From NCBI GenBank assembly GCA_024790105.1, contig GCA_024790105.1_3053.1: a stretch of 64,000 bases of DNA, one strand, 5' to 3'. The translations under genes and the position numbers were made by a program. The stretch is from a phage. Numbering within the stretch: the stretch's first letter is position 1; each line of letters starts with the position of its first letter. Below, one piece after another: positions 21,901-32,550 of the stretch. The notes under the pieces are model-generated. The model worked only from the letters and a program-made list of their open reading frames with translations. It had not been told where the DNA came from and did no database searches.

Positions 21901-22855
21901 TAATCAATTTAGTGGTGAATCAGATGCAACGCGTTCTACTGTATTTGAAGTTAGTGATGAAACATCTTATCACTTTTATTCTCAACGCGATAAAGATGGT
22001 AATATAGCATTTAGCATTAATGGTACTGTAATGCCAATAAATGTGAATGCTTTAGGTTCTTTGAATGCGAACGGCGTTGCAACATTCGGTAGTTCAGTTA
22101 CTGCTAATGGCGAATTTATCAGTAAATCGTCGAATGCTTTTAGAGCAATAAACGGTGATTATGGATTCTTTATTCGTAATGATGCTGCTAACACCTATTT
22201 TATGCTTACTGCATCGGGTGATCAGACTGGTGGATTTAATGGATTACGTCCTTTAGCTATTAATAATGCATCTGGTCAAGTAACGATTGGTGAAAGCTTA
22301 ATCATTGCCAAAGGTGCTACTATAAATTCAGGCGGTTTGACTGTTAACTCGAGAATTCGTTCTCAGGGTACTAAAACACCTGATTTATATACCCGCGCAC
22401 CAACATCTGATACTGTAGGATTCTGGTCAATCGATATTAACGATTCAGCCACTTATAATCAATTCCCTGGTTATTTTAAAATGGTTGAAAAAACTAATGA
22501 AGTGACTGGACTTCCATACTTAGAACGTGGCGAAGAAGTTAAATCTCCTGGTACATTGACTCAGTTTGGTAATACACTTGATTCGCTTTACCAAGATTGG
22601 ATTACTTATCCAACAACACCAGAAGCGCGTACCACTCGCTGGACACGTACATGGCAGAAAACCAAAAACTCTTGGTCAAGTTTTGTTCAGGTATTTGATG
22701 GAGGTAACCCTCCTCAACCGTCTGATATTGGTGCTTTACCATCTGATAATGCTATAATGGGGAATCTTACTATTCGTGATTTCTTACGAATTGGTAATGT
22801 TCGCATTATTCCTGACCCAGTGAATAAAACGGTTAAATTTGAATGGGTTGAATAA
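18986..22855 (+). CDS. 34: long tail fibre proximal subunit gp34
   Basis: 1289 aa; contains about seven copies of the (I/V)(T/S)PKxL...ATQ repeat; recognised as T4 gp34. Confidence 0.95.
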   Translation: MAEIKRKFRAEDGLDAGGDKIINVALADRTVGTDGVNVDYLIQENTVQQYDPTRGYLKDFVIIYDNRFWAAINDIPKPAGAFNSVRWRALRTDANWTTVSSGPYQLKSGESISVDTAAGNDITFTLPSTPIDGDTIVLQDIGGKPGVNQVLITAPVQSIVNFRGQQVRSVLMTHPKSQIVLIFSNRLWQMYVADYSREAVVVTPASLYQAQSNDFIVRRFTSAAPINIKLPRFANHGDIINFVDLDKLNPLYHTIVTTYDETTSVQEVGTHSIEGRTLIDGFLMFDDNEKLWRLFDGDSKARLRIITTNSNIRPNEEVMVFGANNGTAQTIELQLPTDISVGDTVKISMNYMRKGQTIKIKAAGEDKIASSVQLLQFPKRSEYPPEAEWVTVQELVFNGETNYVPVLELAYIEDSDGKYWVVQQNVPTVERVDSLNDSTRARLGVIALATQAQANVDLENSPQKELAITPETLANRTATETRRGIARIATTAQVNQDTTFSFADDIIITPKKLNERTATETRRGVAEIATQQETNAGTDDTTIITPKKLQARQGSESLSGIVTFVSTAGATPASSRELNGTNVYNKNTNNLVVSPKALDQYKATPTQQGAVILAVESEVIAGQSQEGWANAVVTPETLHKKTSTDGRIGLIEIATQSEVNTGTDYTRAVTPKTLNDRRATESLSGIAEIATQVEFDAGVDDTRISTPLKIKTRFNSTDRTSVVALSGLVESGTLWDHYTLNILEANETQRGTLRVATQVEAAAGTLDNVLITPKKLLGTKSTEAQEGVIKVATQSETVTGTSTNTAVSPKNLKWIVQSEPTWAATTLIRGFVKTSSGSITFVGNDTVGSTQPLESYEKNSYAVSPYELNRVLANYLPLKAKAADTNLLDGLDSSQFIRRDIAQTVNGSLTLTQQTNLSAPLVSSSTATFGGSVTANSVLTISNTGTETHLIFEKGPQTGTNQAQTVTIRVWGNQFSGESDATRSTVFEVSDETSYHFYSQRDKDGNIAFSINGTVMPINVNALGSLNANGVATFGSSVTANGEFISKSSNAFRAINGDYGFFIRNDAANTYFMLTASGDQTGGFNGLRPLAINNASGQVTIGESLIIAKGATINSGGLTVNSRIRSQGTKTPDLYTRAPTSDTVGFWSIDINDSATYNQFPGYFKMVEKTNEVTGLPYLERGEEVKSPGTLTQFGNTLDSLYQDWITYPTTPEARTTRWTRTWQKTKNSWSSFVQVFDGGNPPQPSDIGALPSDNAIMGNLTIRDFLRIGNVRIIPDPVNKTVKFEWVE

Positions 22856-22863
22856 GAGGTATT

Positions 22864-23979
22864 ATGGAAAAATTTATGGCAAAGTTTGGACAAGGATATG
22901 TCCAAACGCCATTTTTATCGGAAAGTAATTCAGTAAGATATAAAATAAGTATAGCGGGTTCTTGCCCGCTTTCTACAGCAGGACCATATGTCAAATTTCA
23001 GGATAATCCTGTTGGAAGTCAAACATTTAGCGCAGGCCTTCATTTAAGAGTTTTTGACCCTTCTACGGGAGCATTAGTTGATAGTAAGTCATATGCTTTT
23101 TCGACTTCAAATGATACTACATCAGCTGCTTTTGTTAGCTTCATGAATTCTTTGACAAATAATAGAATTGTTGCTATATTAACTAATGGAAAGGTTAATT
23201 TTCCTCCTGAAGTAGTATCTTGGTTAAGAACCGCCGGAACGTCTGCTTTTCCATCTGACTCTATATTGTCAAGATTCGACGTATCATATGCTGCTTTTTA
23301 CACTTCTTCTAAAAGAGCTATTGCATTAGAACATGTTAAACTAAGTAATAGAAAAAGCACAGATGATTATCAAACTATTTTAGATGTTGTATTTGATAGT
23401 TTAGAAGACGTTGGAGCTACCGGGTTTCCAAGAAGAACGTATGAAAGTGTTGAGCAATTTATGTCAGCCATTGGTGGAACTAATAACGAAATTGCACGTT
23501 TACCAACTTCATCCGCGACAAGTAAATTATCTGATTATAATTTAATTCCTGGCGATGTTCTTTATCTTAAAGCGCAGCTATATGCTGATGCCGATTTACT
23601 TGCGCTTGGAACTACAAATATATCTATCCGTTTTTATGATGAATCGAATGGATATATTTCTTCAACACATGCTGAGTTTACTGGACAAGCTGAGTCATGG
23701 GAATTAAAGGAAGATTATGTAGTTATTCCAGAAAACGCGGTAGGATTTACGATATATGCACAAAGAACTGCACAAGCAGGTCAAGGTGGCATGAGGAATT
23801 TAAGTTTTTCTGAAGTATCAAGAAATGGCGGAATTTCAAAACCTGCTGAATTTGGCGTCAATGGTATTCGAGTTAATTATGTCTGTGAATCTGCTTCACC
23901 TCCGGATATAATGGTACTTCCTACACAAGCATCGTCTAAAACTGGTAAAGTGTTTGGGCAAGAATTTAGAGAAGTTTAA
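22864..23979 (+). CDS. 35: long tail fibre hinge protein gp35
   Basis: 371 aa, immediately downstream of gene 34 with RBS AAGAGG. Confidence 0.9.
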   Translation: MEKFMAKFGQGYVQTPFLSESNSVRYKISIAGSCPLSTAGPYVKFQDNPVGSQTFSAGLHLRVFDPSTGALVDSKSYAFSTSNDTTSAAFVSFMNSLTNNRIVAILTNGKVNFPPEVVSWLRTAGTSAFPSDSILSRFDVSYAAFYTSSKRAIALEHVKLSNRKSTDDYQTILDVVFDSLEDVGATGFPRRTYESVEQFMSAIGGTNNEIARLPTSSATSKLSDYNLIPGDVLYLKAQLYADADLLALGTTNISIRFYDESNGYISSTHAEFTGQAESWELKEDYVVIPENAVGFTIYAQRTAQAGQGGMRNLSFSEVSRNGGISKPAEFGVNGIRVNYVCESASPPDIMVLPTQASSKTGKVFGQEFREV

Positions 23980-23984
23980 ATTGA

Positions 23985-24010
23985 GGGAGCCTTCGGGTTC
24001 CCTTTTTCTT
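23985..24010 (+). terminator. rho-independent terminator after gene 35
   Basis: hairpin GGGAGCCUUCGGGUUCCC (UUCG loop) followed by UUUUUCUUU. Confidence 0.6.
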
Positions 24011-24018
24011 TATAAATA
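24011..24018 (+). promoter_or_regulatory. T4-type late promoter TATAAATA for gene 36
   Basis: exact TATAAATA 24 nt upstream of the gene 36 ATG. Confidence 0.7.
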
Positions 24019-24041
24019 CTATTAAAATAAAGGGGCATATA

Positions 24042-24698
24042 ATGGCTGATTTAAAAGTAGGTTCAACAACTGGAGGCTCTGTCATTTGGCATCAAGGAAA
24101 TTTTCCATTGAATCCAGCCGGTGACGATGTACTCTATAAATCATTTAAAATATATTCAGAATATAATAAGCCACAAGCTGCTGATAACGATTTTGTTTCT
24201 AAAGCTAATGGTGGTACTTATTTAAATAAAGTAATTTTTAATAAAGGAATGACTGTTCCTGGCGCAGGGTCAGGCGATAATGGTATTTTTGCTGGTCCTG
24301 GTGATAGTGCCACGTATGATACTACAAATATGGATATTGTTTCGTGGTATGGTATTGGTTTTAAATCATCACAAGGAACAGCAGGTAGAACTGTAGTAAT
24401 TAACACACGAAATGGAGATATTAGCTCAAAGGGCGTAATTGAAGCATCGCAAATCCGTGTAACTTCGTTATCACCAGTAAATAATTATGACCTTACGCGG
24501 AAAGATTATGTTGATGGAGCAATAAATATTGTTACAGCAAACGCAAACTCTAGGGTATTACGCTCTGGAGACACTATGACAGGAAATTTAACTGCGCCAA
24601 ACCTTTTTTCACAGAATCCTGCATCTCAACCCTCACATGTTCCACGATTTGACCAAATTGTTATTAAGGATTCTGTTCAAGATTTCGGCTATTATTAA
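24042..24698 (+). CDS. 36: long tail fibre distal connector gp36
   Basis: 218 aa; position between 35 and 37. Confidence 0.9.
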   Translation: MADLKVGSTTGGSVIWHQGNFPLNPAGDDVLYKSFKIYSEYNKPQAADNDFVSKANGGTYLNKVIFNKGMTVPGAGSGDNGIFAGPGDSATYDTTNMDIVSWYGIGFKSSQGTAGRTVVINTRNGDISSKGVIEASQIRVTSLSPVNNYDLTRKDYVDGAINIVTANANSRVLRSGDTMTGNLTAPNLFSQNPASQPSHVPRFDQIVIKDSVQDFGYY

Positions 24699-24706
24699 GA
24701 GGACTT

Positions 24707-27700
24707 ATGGCTACTTTAAAACAAATACAATTTAAAAGAAGCAAAACTGCAGGAGCACGTCCTGCCGCTTCAGTATTAGCCGAAGGTGAATTGGCTATAA
24801 ACTTAAAAGACCGTGTACTTTTTACTAAAGATGACCAAGGAAATATTATTGATCTGGGTTTTGCTAAAGGTGGTAGTATTGACGGGAATGTTATTCATAC
24901 AGGCAATTATAACCAAACTGGCGATTATACTTTAAATGGCGTCTTCACTCAGACTGGTAATTTTAATTTAACTGGTATTGCTAGAGTAACTCGCGATATT
25001 ATTGCCGCTGGGCAGATTATGACTGAAGGCGGAGAACTTATTACAAAAAGTTCAGGTACAGCACATGTTCGTTTTTTCGATAGCAATAGTCGCGAACGTG
25101 GAATCATTTATGCCCCGGCTAATGATGGTTTAACTACACAAGTACTTAATATCAGGGTTCAAGACTACGCCGCTGGTGATGAAAGCACCTATGCATTTTC
25201 GGGCAGTGGACTATTTACTTCACCTGAAGTATCAGCATGGAAATCTATTTCGTCTCCACAAATTCTGACCGACAAAGTTATTACAAATGGGAAGAAGACA
25301 GGCGATTATGATATCTATTCATTATCAAATAACACTCCAATGGCAGAAGGCGAAACGGCTATTAACCACCTCCGTGTTATGCGAAATGCTGTAGGAGCAG
25401 GTATTTTCCACGAAGTTAATGTTAATGACGGAATAACCTGGTATTCCGGAGATGGCTTAGACACTTATCTTTGGTCGTTTAACTGGGCCGGTGGATTGAA
25501 AGCGGGTCATTCTATTTCTATAGGTATCCCAGGCGGTCCAAAAGGATATTCTGAATTAGGAACTGCCTCAATTGCTCTTGGTGATAATGATACCGGGCTA
25601 AAATGGCATCAAGATGGATATTTCTATACAGTAAACAACGGAACAAAAACTTTCATCTATGGTCCAGGAGAAACGCAAAGCCTTAGAAAAATGGTTATGG
25701 CTTATTCTCCAGATGGGCTTCTTATGACAACGCCGCCGACAGAAAACTATGCATTAGCCACTGTCGTGACATATCACGATAATAACGCGTTTGGAGATGG
25801 TCAGACTCTTTTGGGATATTATCAAGGCGGTAACTATCATCATTATTTCCGCGGCAAGGGTACCACAAACATTAATACTCATGGCGGTTTGTTAGTTACT
25901 CCAGGTAATATTGATGTTATTGGCGGTTCTGTTAATATAGATGGTAGAAATAATTCTTCTACACTAATGTTTAGAGGCAACACAACAGGATACAGCTCGG
26001 TTGATAATATGGATATTAAAGTTTGGGGTAATACGTTTGTTGATCCAAGCGGTAATCGTAAAAACATCATGGAAATTTCTGATGCAACTAGTTGGATGAG
26101 TTATATTCAACGAACAACTGCAGGTAAAGTTGAATCGGTTATAAATGGCACCCAGATTGTTAATGAAAACTTGACCGTAGTAAAAAATGCTACATTTGAT
26201 GGTACAATCAGCGCAGCAGGAGAAATTTCATCTGGAGCAGTGAATGCGCTTCGCATTTGGAATAATGATTATGGAGCTATTTTTAGACGTTCAGAAGGCA
26301 GTCTTCATATTATTCCAACTGCTTATGGTGAAGGTAAACATGGTGATATCGGTCCACTTCGCCCGTTTAGTATGGCTTTAGATACCGGTAAAGTTACTAT
26401 TCCAGATTTACAATCAAGTTATAATACGTTTGCTGCTAACGGTTATATTAAATTTGTTGGTCATGGTGCGGGAGCCGGTGGTTATGACATTCAATATGTT
26501 CAAGCGGCTCCTATTTTCCAGGAAATCGATGATGATGCTGTAAGCAAATATTATCCTATTGTTAAACAGAAGTTTTTAAACGGTAAATCCGTTTGGTCTT
26601 TAGGTACTGAAATTAATTCGGGTACATTCGTTATTCATCATCTGAAAGAAGATGGTTCACAAGGCCATACGTCTCGTTTTAATCAAGACGGTACTGTTAA
26701 CTTCCCAGATAACGTTTCTGTTGGCGGCGGTGAAGCTACTATTGCTCGCAATGGTAATATCTGGTCTGATATCTGGAAAACGTTTACTTCTGCCGGTGAT
26801 ACTACAAATATTCGCGATGCTATTGCGACACGTGTTTCGAAAGAAGGCGACACGATGACCGGCAAGTTGATTATTAGAAGAGATTCTGATGCTATTAACT
26901 TAGCTGCGCCTTCAGCGACTGATGCAAGTTACCTTCTTTCTACCGGCGGTGGAGAAAATCAATGGTATATTGGTAAAGGCGGCGCTGATAATACTGTATC
27001 ATTCTACAACTATAAAACCAGTGGGGCTGTGCAAATTAACTCTATTGGTGAAATCGCACTGATTCCACAAGGTGCTGCAACATTTAACTTTAACCGCGAT
27101 CGTCTCCATATAAATGGGACTCAATGGACTGCGCATCAGGCCGGCGATTGGGGAAATCAATGGCGCCAGGAAGCTCCTGTATTTGTGGATTTTGGCTACG
27201 TCGGTAATGATAGTTATTATCCTATTATTAAAGGAAAATCTGTTATTACGAATGAAGGATACGTATCTGGTGTTGATTTTGGTATGCGCCGTACCACTAA
27301 CCAATGGGCTCAGGCTATTATCCGTGTTGGTAACCAGGAAAATGCTAGCGATCCACAAGCTATCTATGAATTCCACCACAACGGAGTTATGTATGCTCCT
27401 AACATGGTACAAACTGGAGCAAGATTATCGGCTGGCGGTGGTGACCCGGTGTGGACTGGACCATGTCTTGTTATTGGCGATAACGATACTGGATTAGTTC
27501 ATGGTGGTGACGGTCGAATCAATATGGTTGCCAATGGTATACATATTGCAAACTGGGGAGCAGGCTATCAATCTCATCCTGGGCTTTGGGATTCAACCGG
27601 TGCTTTTTGGACAGAAGTTGGAAGAGCTATCGTTTCTCATGGGCATCTCGTTCAGGCAAATGATAGTTATTCAACGTTTGTCCGTGATGTTTATGTCCGT

Positions 27701-28036
27701 TCTGATATTCGAGTTAAAAAAGACCTTGTTAAATTTGAAAATGCTTCTCAGAAGCTTTCTAAAATTAACGGTTACACTTATATGCAGAAAAGAGGCCTAG
27801 ACGAAGACGGTAATCAGAAATGGGAACCTAACGCTGGTTTGATAGCGCAAGAAGTTCAAGCTATTTTGCCAGAATTAGTTGAAGGTGACCCTGATGGCGA
27901 AGCTTTACTTCGTTTGAACTATAACGGTGTAATTGGTTTAAATACAGCTGCAATCAATGAGCATACTGCAGAAATTGCGGAACTTAAATCAGAGATTGAA
28001 GAGCTTAAAAAATTAGTTAAATCATTGTTAAAATAA
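24707..28036 (+). CDS. 37: long tail fibre distal subunit gp37 (T2-type, with C-terminal intramolecular chaperone-like domain)
   Basis: 1109 aa; C-terminal ~120 aa (…[17 protein letters not shown]…[16 protein letters not shown]… plus terminal coiled coil) resembles the self-cleaving chaperone domains of phage fibres and endosialidases. Confidence 0.9.
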   Translation: MATLKQIQFKRSKTAGARPAASVLAEGELAINLKDRVLFTKDDQGNIIDLGFAKGGSIDGNVIHTGNYNQTGDYTLNGVFTQTGNFNLTGIARVTRDIIAAGQIMTEGGELITKSSGTAHVRFFDSNSRERGIIYAPANDGLTTQVLNIRVQDYAAGDESTYAFSGSGLFTSPEVSAWKSISSPQILTDKVITNGKKTGDYDIYSLSNNTPMAEGETAINHLRVMRNAVGAGIFHEVNVNDGITWYSGDGLDTYLWSFNWAGGLKAGHSISIGIPGGPKGYSELGTASIALGDNDTGLKWHQDGYFYTVNNGTKTFIYGPGETQSLRKMVMAYSPDGLLMTTPPTENYALATVVTYHDNNAFGDGQTLLGYYQGGNYHHYFRGKGTTNINTHGGLLVTPGNIDVIGGSVNIDGRNNSSTLMFRGNTTGYSSVDNMDIKVWGNTFVDPSGNRKNIMEISDATSWMSYIQRTTAGKVESVINGTQIVNENLTVVKNATFDGTISAAGEISSGAVNALRIWNNDYGAIFRRSEGSLHIIPTAYGEGKHGDIGPLRPFSMALDTGKVTIPDLQSSYNTFAANGYIKFVGHGAGAGGYDIQYVQAAPIFQEIDDDAVSKYYPIVKQKFLNGKSVWSLGTEINSGTFVIHHLKEDGSQGHTSRFNQDGTVNFPDNVSVGGGEATIARNGNIWSDIWKTFTSAGDTTNIRDAIATRVSKEGDTMTGKLIIRRDSDAINLAAPSATDASYLLSTGGGENQWYIGKGGADNTVSFYNYKTSGAVQINSIGEIALIPQGAATFNFNRDRLHINGTQWTAHQAGDWGNQWRQEAPVFVDFGYVGNDSYYPIIKGKSVITNEGYVSGVDFGMRRTTNQWAQAIIRVGNQENASDPQAIYEFHHNGVMYAPNMVQTGARLSAGGGDPVWTGPCLVIGDNDTGLVHGGDGRINMVANGIHIANWGAGYQSHPGLWDSTGAFWTEVGRAIVSHGHLVQANDSYSTFVRDVYVRSDIRVKKDLVKFENASQKLSKINGYTYMQKRGLDEDGNQKWEPNAGLIAQEVQAILPELVEGDPDGEALLRLNYNGVIGLNTAAINEHTAEIAELKSEIEELKKLVKSLLK

Positions 28037-28040
28037 TAAG

Positions 28041-28056
28041 AGGGGCTTCGGCCCCT
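28041..28056 (+). other. stable stem-loop (UUCG tetraloop) between gene 37 and gene 38
   Basis: AGGGGCUUCGGCCCCU directly upstream of the gene 38 GGAGG RBS; no U-run follows. Confidence 0.4.
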
Positions 28057-28067
28057 TGGAGGTTTAT

Positions 28068-28862
28068 ATGGCAGTTGAAGGACCGTGGGTAGGATGGTCT
28101 GCAGTAGTTAATACAGGACAAAATTGGATGGGCGGCGCGGCCCAACGATTAAGAATGGGCATTCCGTTCTGGATGAGTAATATGATAGGTCGATCTGTTG
28201 AAGTAATTCACACGCTTGGAGCAGACCATAACTTCAATGGTCAATGGTTCCGAGATAGATGTTTTGAGGCAGGTAGTGCACCTATAGTGTTTAATATCAC
28301 TGGAGATTTAGTATCATATTCTAGAGACGTTCCTTTATTCTTCATGTACGGAGATACACCGAATGAATATGTTCAGTTGAATATTAGCGGTGGAGCTCAT
28401 ATGTGGGGCAGAGGTGGACAAGGTGGATGGACTCATTCTGGTGGAGATGGTAATGGTCAACAGGGTGGACATTGTATTCAAAATGACATTGGTGGTCGGT
28501 TAAGAATTAATAATGGTGGAGTAATTTGTGGCGGAGGAGGCGGCGGCGGCGGTATCGCTTATCGTCCTCACTCTGGTGCAAACTGGCAAGATATTGGTGG
28601 CGGTGGAGGAAGACCGTTTGGCCCAGGAGGTGGCGGTGGTTATTCAGGAGGTGCTGCTTCTTATGATGGTCCAGGAGGTGGTTATAATTATGGTAATGCT
28701 CACTCTGGTCAAGGTGGCGATGCTGGAGGAAATGGACAAAATGCCTGGCATGATGGTGGTAAAGTTCTAAAAGTTGGCGCTGGCGGGGCGGCAGGTTATG
28801 CTGTAATAGGGTCTGCTCCAACATGGCAAAATGTTGGAATAATATATGGTCCAAGAGTATAA
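28068..28862 (+). CDS. 38: receptor-recognising adhesin gp38 (T2-type, glycine-rich motifs)
   Basis: 264 aa from ATG at 28068 (GGAGG RBS 5 nt upstream; ORF track used an upstream TTG); poly-Gly blocks GGGGGGGG and GGGGG separating short variable segments. Confidence 0.85.
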   Translation: MAVEGPWVGWSAVVNTGQNWMGGAAQRLRMGIPFWMSNMIGRSVEVIHTLGADHNFNGQWFRDRCFEAGSAPIVFNITGDLVSYSRDVPLFFMYGDTPNEYVQLNISGGAHMWGRGGQGGWTHSGGDGNGQQGGHCIQNDIGGRLRINNGGVICGGGGGGGGIAYRPHSGANWQDIGGGGGRPFGPGGGGGYSGGAASYDGPGGGYNYGNAHSGQGGDAGGNGQNAWHDGGKVLKVGAGGAAGYAVIGSAPTWQNVGIIYGPRV

Positions 28863-28893
28863 TTTTGAATAAATACCCTTAAAAGGAGGGTCT

Positions 28894-29550
28894 ATGACAG
28901 CACCTAGAATATCATTTTCGCCCTCTGGTATTCTGTTTGGTGTTCTAGATCGCTTGTTCAAAGATAACGCTACCGGGAAGGTTCTTGCTTCCCGGGTAGC
29001 TGTCGTAATTCTTTTATTTATGATGGCGATTGTTTGGTATAGGGGAGATAGTTTCTTTGAGTACTATAAGCAATCAAAGTATGAAACATACAGTGAAATT
29101 ATTGAAAAGGAAAGAAATGCACGCTTTGAATCTGTCGCCCTGGAACAACTCCAGATAGTTCATATATCATCTGAGGCAGACTTTAGTGCGGTGTATTCTT
29201 TCCGCCCTAAAAACTTAAACTATTTTGTTGATATTATAGCATATGAAGGAAAATTACCTTCAACAATAAGCGAAAAATCACTTGGAGGATATCCTGTTGA
29301 TAAAACTATGGATGAATATACAGTTCATTTAAATGGACGTCATTATTATTCCAACTCAAAATTTGCTTTTTTACCAACTAAAAAGCCTACTCCCGAAATA
29401 AACTACATGTACAGTTGTCCATATTTCAATTTGGATAATATCTATGCTGGAACAATAACCATGTACTGGTATAGAAATGATCATATAAGTAATGACCGCC
29501 TTGAATCAATATGTTCTCAGGCGGCCAGAATATTAGGAAGGGCTAAATAA
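28894..29550 (+). CDS. t: holin
   Basis: 218 aa; MTAPRISFSPSGILFGVLDRLFKDNATGKVLASRVAVVILLF... recognised as T4 holin T with single N-terminal TM. Confidence 0.9.
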   Translation: MTAPRISFSPSGILFGVLDRLFKDNATGKVLASRVAVVILLFMMAIVWYRGDSFFEYYKQSKYETYSEIIEKERNARFESVALEQLQIVHISSEADFSAVYSFRPKNLNYFVDIIAYEGKLPSTISEKSLGGYPVDKTMDEYTVHLNGRHYYSNSKFAFLPTKKPTPEINYMYSCPYFNLDNIYAGTITMYWYRNDHISNDRLESICSQAARILGRAK

Positions 29551-29823
29551 TTATTTGTTTGTATACATTTCTAAATATCTATATACACCCTCAAAACCCT
29601 CGTTGAATTCGTCGATGAGGGTTTTCTTATCTTCTTGAGTTAATTCAGAAACAATTTTACGGAATGAATTCTGATTTAATTTTCTACCTTCATGTGTTAC
29701 TCCAATCTCATTCAGAAATGCAATAAAATTAGCACGATTTTCAACAATATCTTCTCTGGAAAATTTAATCAAAATAGACGCAACAGTAATAATTTCACGA
29801 ACTGTATCAATATTTTTATTCAT
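29551..29823 (-). CDS. asiA: anti-sigma70 factor AsiA
   Basis: 90 aa; MNKNIDTVREIITVASILIKF... recognised as T4 AsiA. Confidence 0.9.
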   Translation of the reverse strand: MNKNIDTVREIITVASILIKFSREDIVENRANFIAFLNEIGVTHEGRKLNQNSFRKIVSELTQEDKKTLIDEFNEGFEGVYRYLEMYTNK

Positions 29824-29984
29824 TAACTATACCACTCAATTAGCTGACTTTGTTATAATATCATCAGACTCTTGATTTGTAAACTGGTCTGTGTTATTTT
29901 CTTCAAAAATTTTTTCTACGAATTCCTTGAACGACTCACGTTCCTGAGCTACATTGTGCTCGATTACCATTTCAAGATTATGAC

Positions 29985-30263
29985 TCATTCGAAATAATCT
30001 TCAATTTCATAATCATGGACATAAAACATTATAGTTTTTAATACATCATCAATACTTTTTCCTGGAGCTGGAATTACGTAGAAATATCCTGCTTTTGAGA
30101 GGTCTTTATAAGTTCCAATCAAGAAATCATTATTCTCAAGATGTAGTTCTTCAACTAATTCATTAACAATTGAGTGGTATAAATTTGGTAGAAACTTATA
30201 TAGCTTTTCTAGAATATCAATTTTGATTGTATATTGAACCACGGACTGAGAATCAATAATCAT
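29985..30263 (-). CDS. arn: anti-restriction nuclease (McrBC inhibitor) Arn
   Basis: 92 aa acidic protein; position after asiA; length matches T4 Arn. Confidence 0.75.
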   Translation of the reverse strand: MIIDSQSVVQYTIKIDILEKLYKFLPNLYHSIVNELVEELHLENNDFLIGTYKDLSKAGYFYVIPAPGKSIDDVLKTIMFYVHDYEIEDYFE

Positions 30264-30346
30264 AGACCTTCCCCTTATGTTTCTGTTTGCGATTAGATTC
30301 TTTAAACGCTTTCTTCTTATCTTTATGGACAGAAGCTTTATTAAAA

Positions 30347-30565
30347 TTATGTTTTGCGACTAAATTGTTCATAGTGCTGAATTACCTCTCTTAAACATTT
30401 GCATGTGAATGAAAACTTTTTAGCTACACCACATTCAAATATGTGTTCTCTTAAATCACGTGTATCAGTATATCCCATCTCAACAATAAAATGCCTTATT
30501 AGATTTTTATCTTTATCATTGAGAGAATTAAAATAATCAGATTTTGAATTAATTTCCCTGGCCAA
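30347..30565 (-). CDS. hypothetical protein (arn.x-like)
   Basis: 72-aa ORF. Confidence 0.35.
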   Translation of the reverse strand: MAREINSKSDYFNSLNDKDKNLIRHFIVEMGYTDTRDLREHIFECGVAKKFSFTCKCLREVIQHYEQFSRKT

Positions 30566-30845
30566 ATTGAATCACCTTCAGTTGACGTTTTAATTCTTTT
30601 ATCATTTCTTCGTTCATCGCAATATAAAGATCGCGTAAAGCAGGTTTTAGCATTCCATTTACTGGAGAACTAAATGGGCACACATAATCTTTTCCTACGA
30701 GCTTTTTAGTGAATTCCATATTACAGAACTGAAATGCCGGTTCATTGGCATAAATTCCCCATTTGGTTGACATCATTTTATTAGCATATTCCAGCGCCTG
30801 GATTTGATTCATAATTCCATCGATTTGAAACTTTTTAATATTCAT
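30549..30845 (-). CDS. hypothetical protein
   Basis: 98-aa ORF. Confidence 0.35.
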   Translation of the reverse strand: MNIKKFQIDGIMNQIQALEYANKMMSTKWGIYANEPAFQFCNMEFTKKLVGKDYVCPFSSPVNGMLKPALRDLYIAMNEEMIKELKRQLKVIQFGQGN

Positions 30846-31039
30846 TAGTAAAGGTCCTCAGAGTAAAGTTCTTTTTCACTACCACCGCGTTCAATACGTA
30901 CTTGTCCAGCGTAAGTTGCAATAATCATTGCTTCTTCACGTGTCCAATAATTACTATATTGGTCAATAAACCCTTGGTCATCATCACAAACTTGTTGAGT
31001 AACTAATTGAGATTTAACTACATCTAAAACTTCTGCCAT
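30845..31039 (-). CDS. hypothetical protein
   Basis: 64-aa ORF abutting upstream stop. Confidence 0.35.
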   Translation of the reverse strand: MAEVLDVVKSQLVTQQVCDDDQGFIDQYSNYWTREEAMIIATYAGQVRIERGGSEKELYSEDLY

Positions 31040-31123
31040 ATCTTTAGAATAATGACGAGCACCTGGAATAATAAGAGTTCGTCCATCTTTTAATTTAAAA
31101 CGGTTGGCTGCACAGACAATTCG

Positions 31124-31306
31124 TCATTGATACTTTTGGTTTTCATCCCAGTACGCAGTCTGCCAACAAATTTCAGGAACTTCTTTCAGAATATCTTCTT
31201 CTGTGCATTTATAACCATGCGCTTTAAATTTTTGAACAAGACTTTCTGGAGTTTCACGAGATAAAGGAACATTCAGCATTTTTAAACGATTGATAAATGG
31301 GTTCAT
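31124..31306 (-). CDS. hypothetical protein
   Basis: 60-aa ORF. Confidence 0.3.
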   Translation of the reverse strand: MNPFINRLKMLNVPLSRETPESLVQKFKAHGYKCTEEDILKEVPEICWQTAYWDENQKYQ

Positions 31307-31632
31307 TTAAACCATCCTTTAATACGCTGCCACAAAGTTTTCTGTTGAGCTTTGTTAACACCAATTGAACGAATAACTGGTTGAGATTCCTGGAATTCTT
31401 TATAATCAGCAAGGTAAATTTCGTAAGCTGAATCCGTAAAGGAACTTATCGCTGCCATGAAATTATTGCGAATACCTACTGGAGCATCTTTACTTTCACG
31501 AATAATCATGTATTTGCCAGTCTTAATCTTTACGATAGTTCCAAGATAAGCTCCATGGTACCAAATATCCCAACCCTCTTGAGTAGGTTCTGCGCAACGA
31601 CGAAGTTCATTAACAATTTCTAACTTGTTCAT
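31303..31632 (-). CDS. hypothetical protein (motA.1-like position)
   Basis: 109-aa ORF. Confidence 0.4.
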   Translation of the reverse strand: MNKLEIVNELRRCAEPTQEGWDIWYHGAYLGTIVKIKTGKYMIIRESKDAPVGIRNNFMAAISSFTDSAYEIYLADYKEFQESQPVIRSIGVNKAQQKTLWQRIKGWFK

Positions 31633-31642
31633 TATTTATTCC

Positions 31643-32278
31643 TCACAGTTCAGATGCTACAGTGATTACAGCTTCAATGTTTTCTGCCGAGCGTTTAATG
31701 TCAAGATACACATTACCATTTTTAGCGATTTTACATGACATTCCGATATCAGTAAATTTCTGAATATGATGTTCCATCATTTTGTATCCAAAAATTCGCA
31801 TATTTCCGTTATTATTAATTTCAAAATTACGAATTCCGTGAGTGCGTTTTTCTAAAATAGCGAGATAATTACTGCGATAAGTTTCAACCTTTTTAAGAAC
31901 AAATCCATTTTCATCTAGCAGTTTTAACATGAAGTCTTTATCTTCTTCCATATCAGAAGTAATCTCACGAGCTTTACGAGTTGCTCGTTTTTTCAACAGT
32001 TCAGGAGCATTTTCCTGTGCATATAAAGTTGCTGCATTTGAAATAATATCCTGAGCTTCACCAGTAATGATTAATCCATCACCAGATTTCTCCACCAGGC
32101 CTTTTTTAATCAATACCCCAATATTACTATTAACTACTGCATTACCTAAATCTGGATGCACCTCACGAACTTCTGCAGCTGTAATGAAATCTTTCTTAGC
32201 AATAGTAATTAAAATTGCAGCGGTTTTTTCATTCAGAACATCGTTAGAAGCTTTGATGATGTAAGTTACTTTAGACAT
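31643..32278 (-). CDS. motA: middle-promoter transcription activator MotA
   Basis: 211 aa; MSKVTYIIKASNDVLNEKTAAILITIAKKDFITAAEV... recognised as T4 MotA. Confidence 0.9.
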   Translation of the reverse strand: MSKVTYIIKASNDVLNEKTAAILITIAKKDFITAAEVREVHPDLGNAVVNSNIGVLIKKGLVEKSGDGLIITGEAQDIISNAATLYAQENAPELLKKRATRKAREITSDMEEDKDFMLKLLDENGFVLKKVETYRSNYLAILEKRTHGIRNFEINNNGNMRIFGYKMMEHHIQKFTDIGMSCKIAKNGNVYLDIKRSAENIEAVITVASEL

Positions 32279-32319
32279 TTTCTAATCTCCGTAATTCTGT
32301 ATCAGTAGTTGATAGTTGT

Positions 32320-32348
32320 ATAGTACCACAGTATGCTTTGGTTGTAAA
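32320..32348 (-). promoter_or_regulatory. early sigma70-type promoter upstream of motA
   Basis: minus-strand GTTTACA (32343-32349), 17-nt spacer, TACTAT (32320-32325); block nearly identical to that at 15029-15090. Confidence 0.55.
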
Positions 32349-32370
32349 CCGTTTTGTGAAAAAATTTTTG

Positions 32371-32399
32371 AAATAAAAAGGGAGAGCCGAGGCTCTCCC
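32371..32399 (-). terminator. rho-independent terminator downstream of gene 52 region
   Basis: minus-strand hairpin GGGAGAGCC-UC-GGCUCUCCC followed by UUUUUAUUU. Confidence 0.6.
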
Positions 32400-32550
32400 T
32401 AAAATTACTGCATGACTGTGATAACTGTCATGATAACACGTTGAATTCCGAACGCAAGAAGACCTCCTGCTACGGCTGGAACGACACCTAAACCCGCCAG
32501 TAAAATGCTACCGGATACTAATGCAGCGCTTGTAATACCTATGAATGGAC

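Noticed and set aside
28056-28067. TTG start for gene 38 as given in the ORF track
   Set aside because: The in-frame ATG at 28068 has a GGAGG Shine-Dalgarno 5 nt upstream; the TTG lies inside the upstream hairpin.
28500-28700. GGC/GGT-rich simple repeat that might be mistaken for a repeat array
   Set aside because: It encodes the poly-glycine motifs of gp38 and has no spacer-repeat periodicity; not a CRISPR array.
28507-28854. 115-aa His/Leu/Gln-rich minus-strand ORF and 80-aa plus-strand ORF overlapping gene 38
   Set aside because: Artefacts of the glycine-codon (GGN) repeats of gp38 read in other frames.
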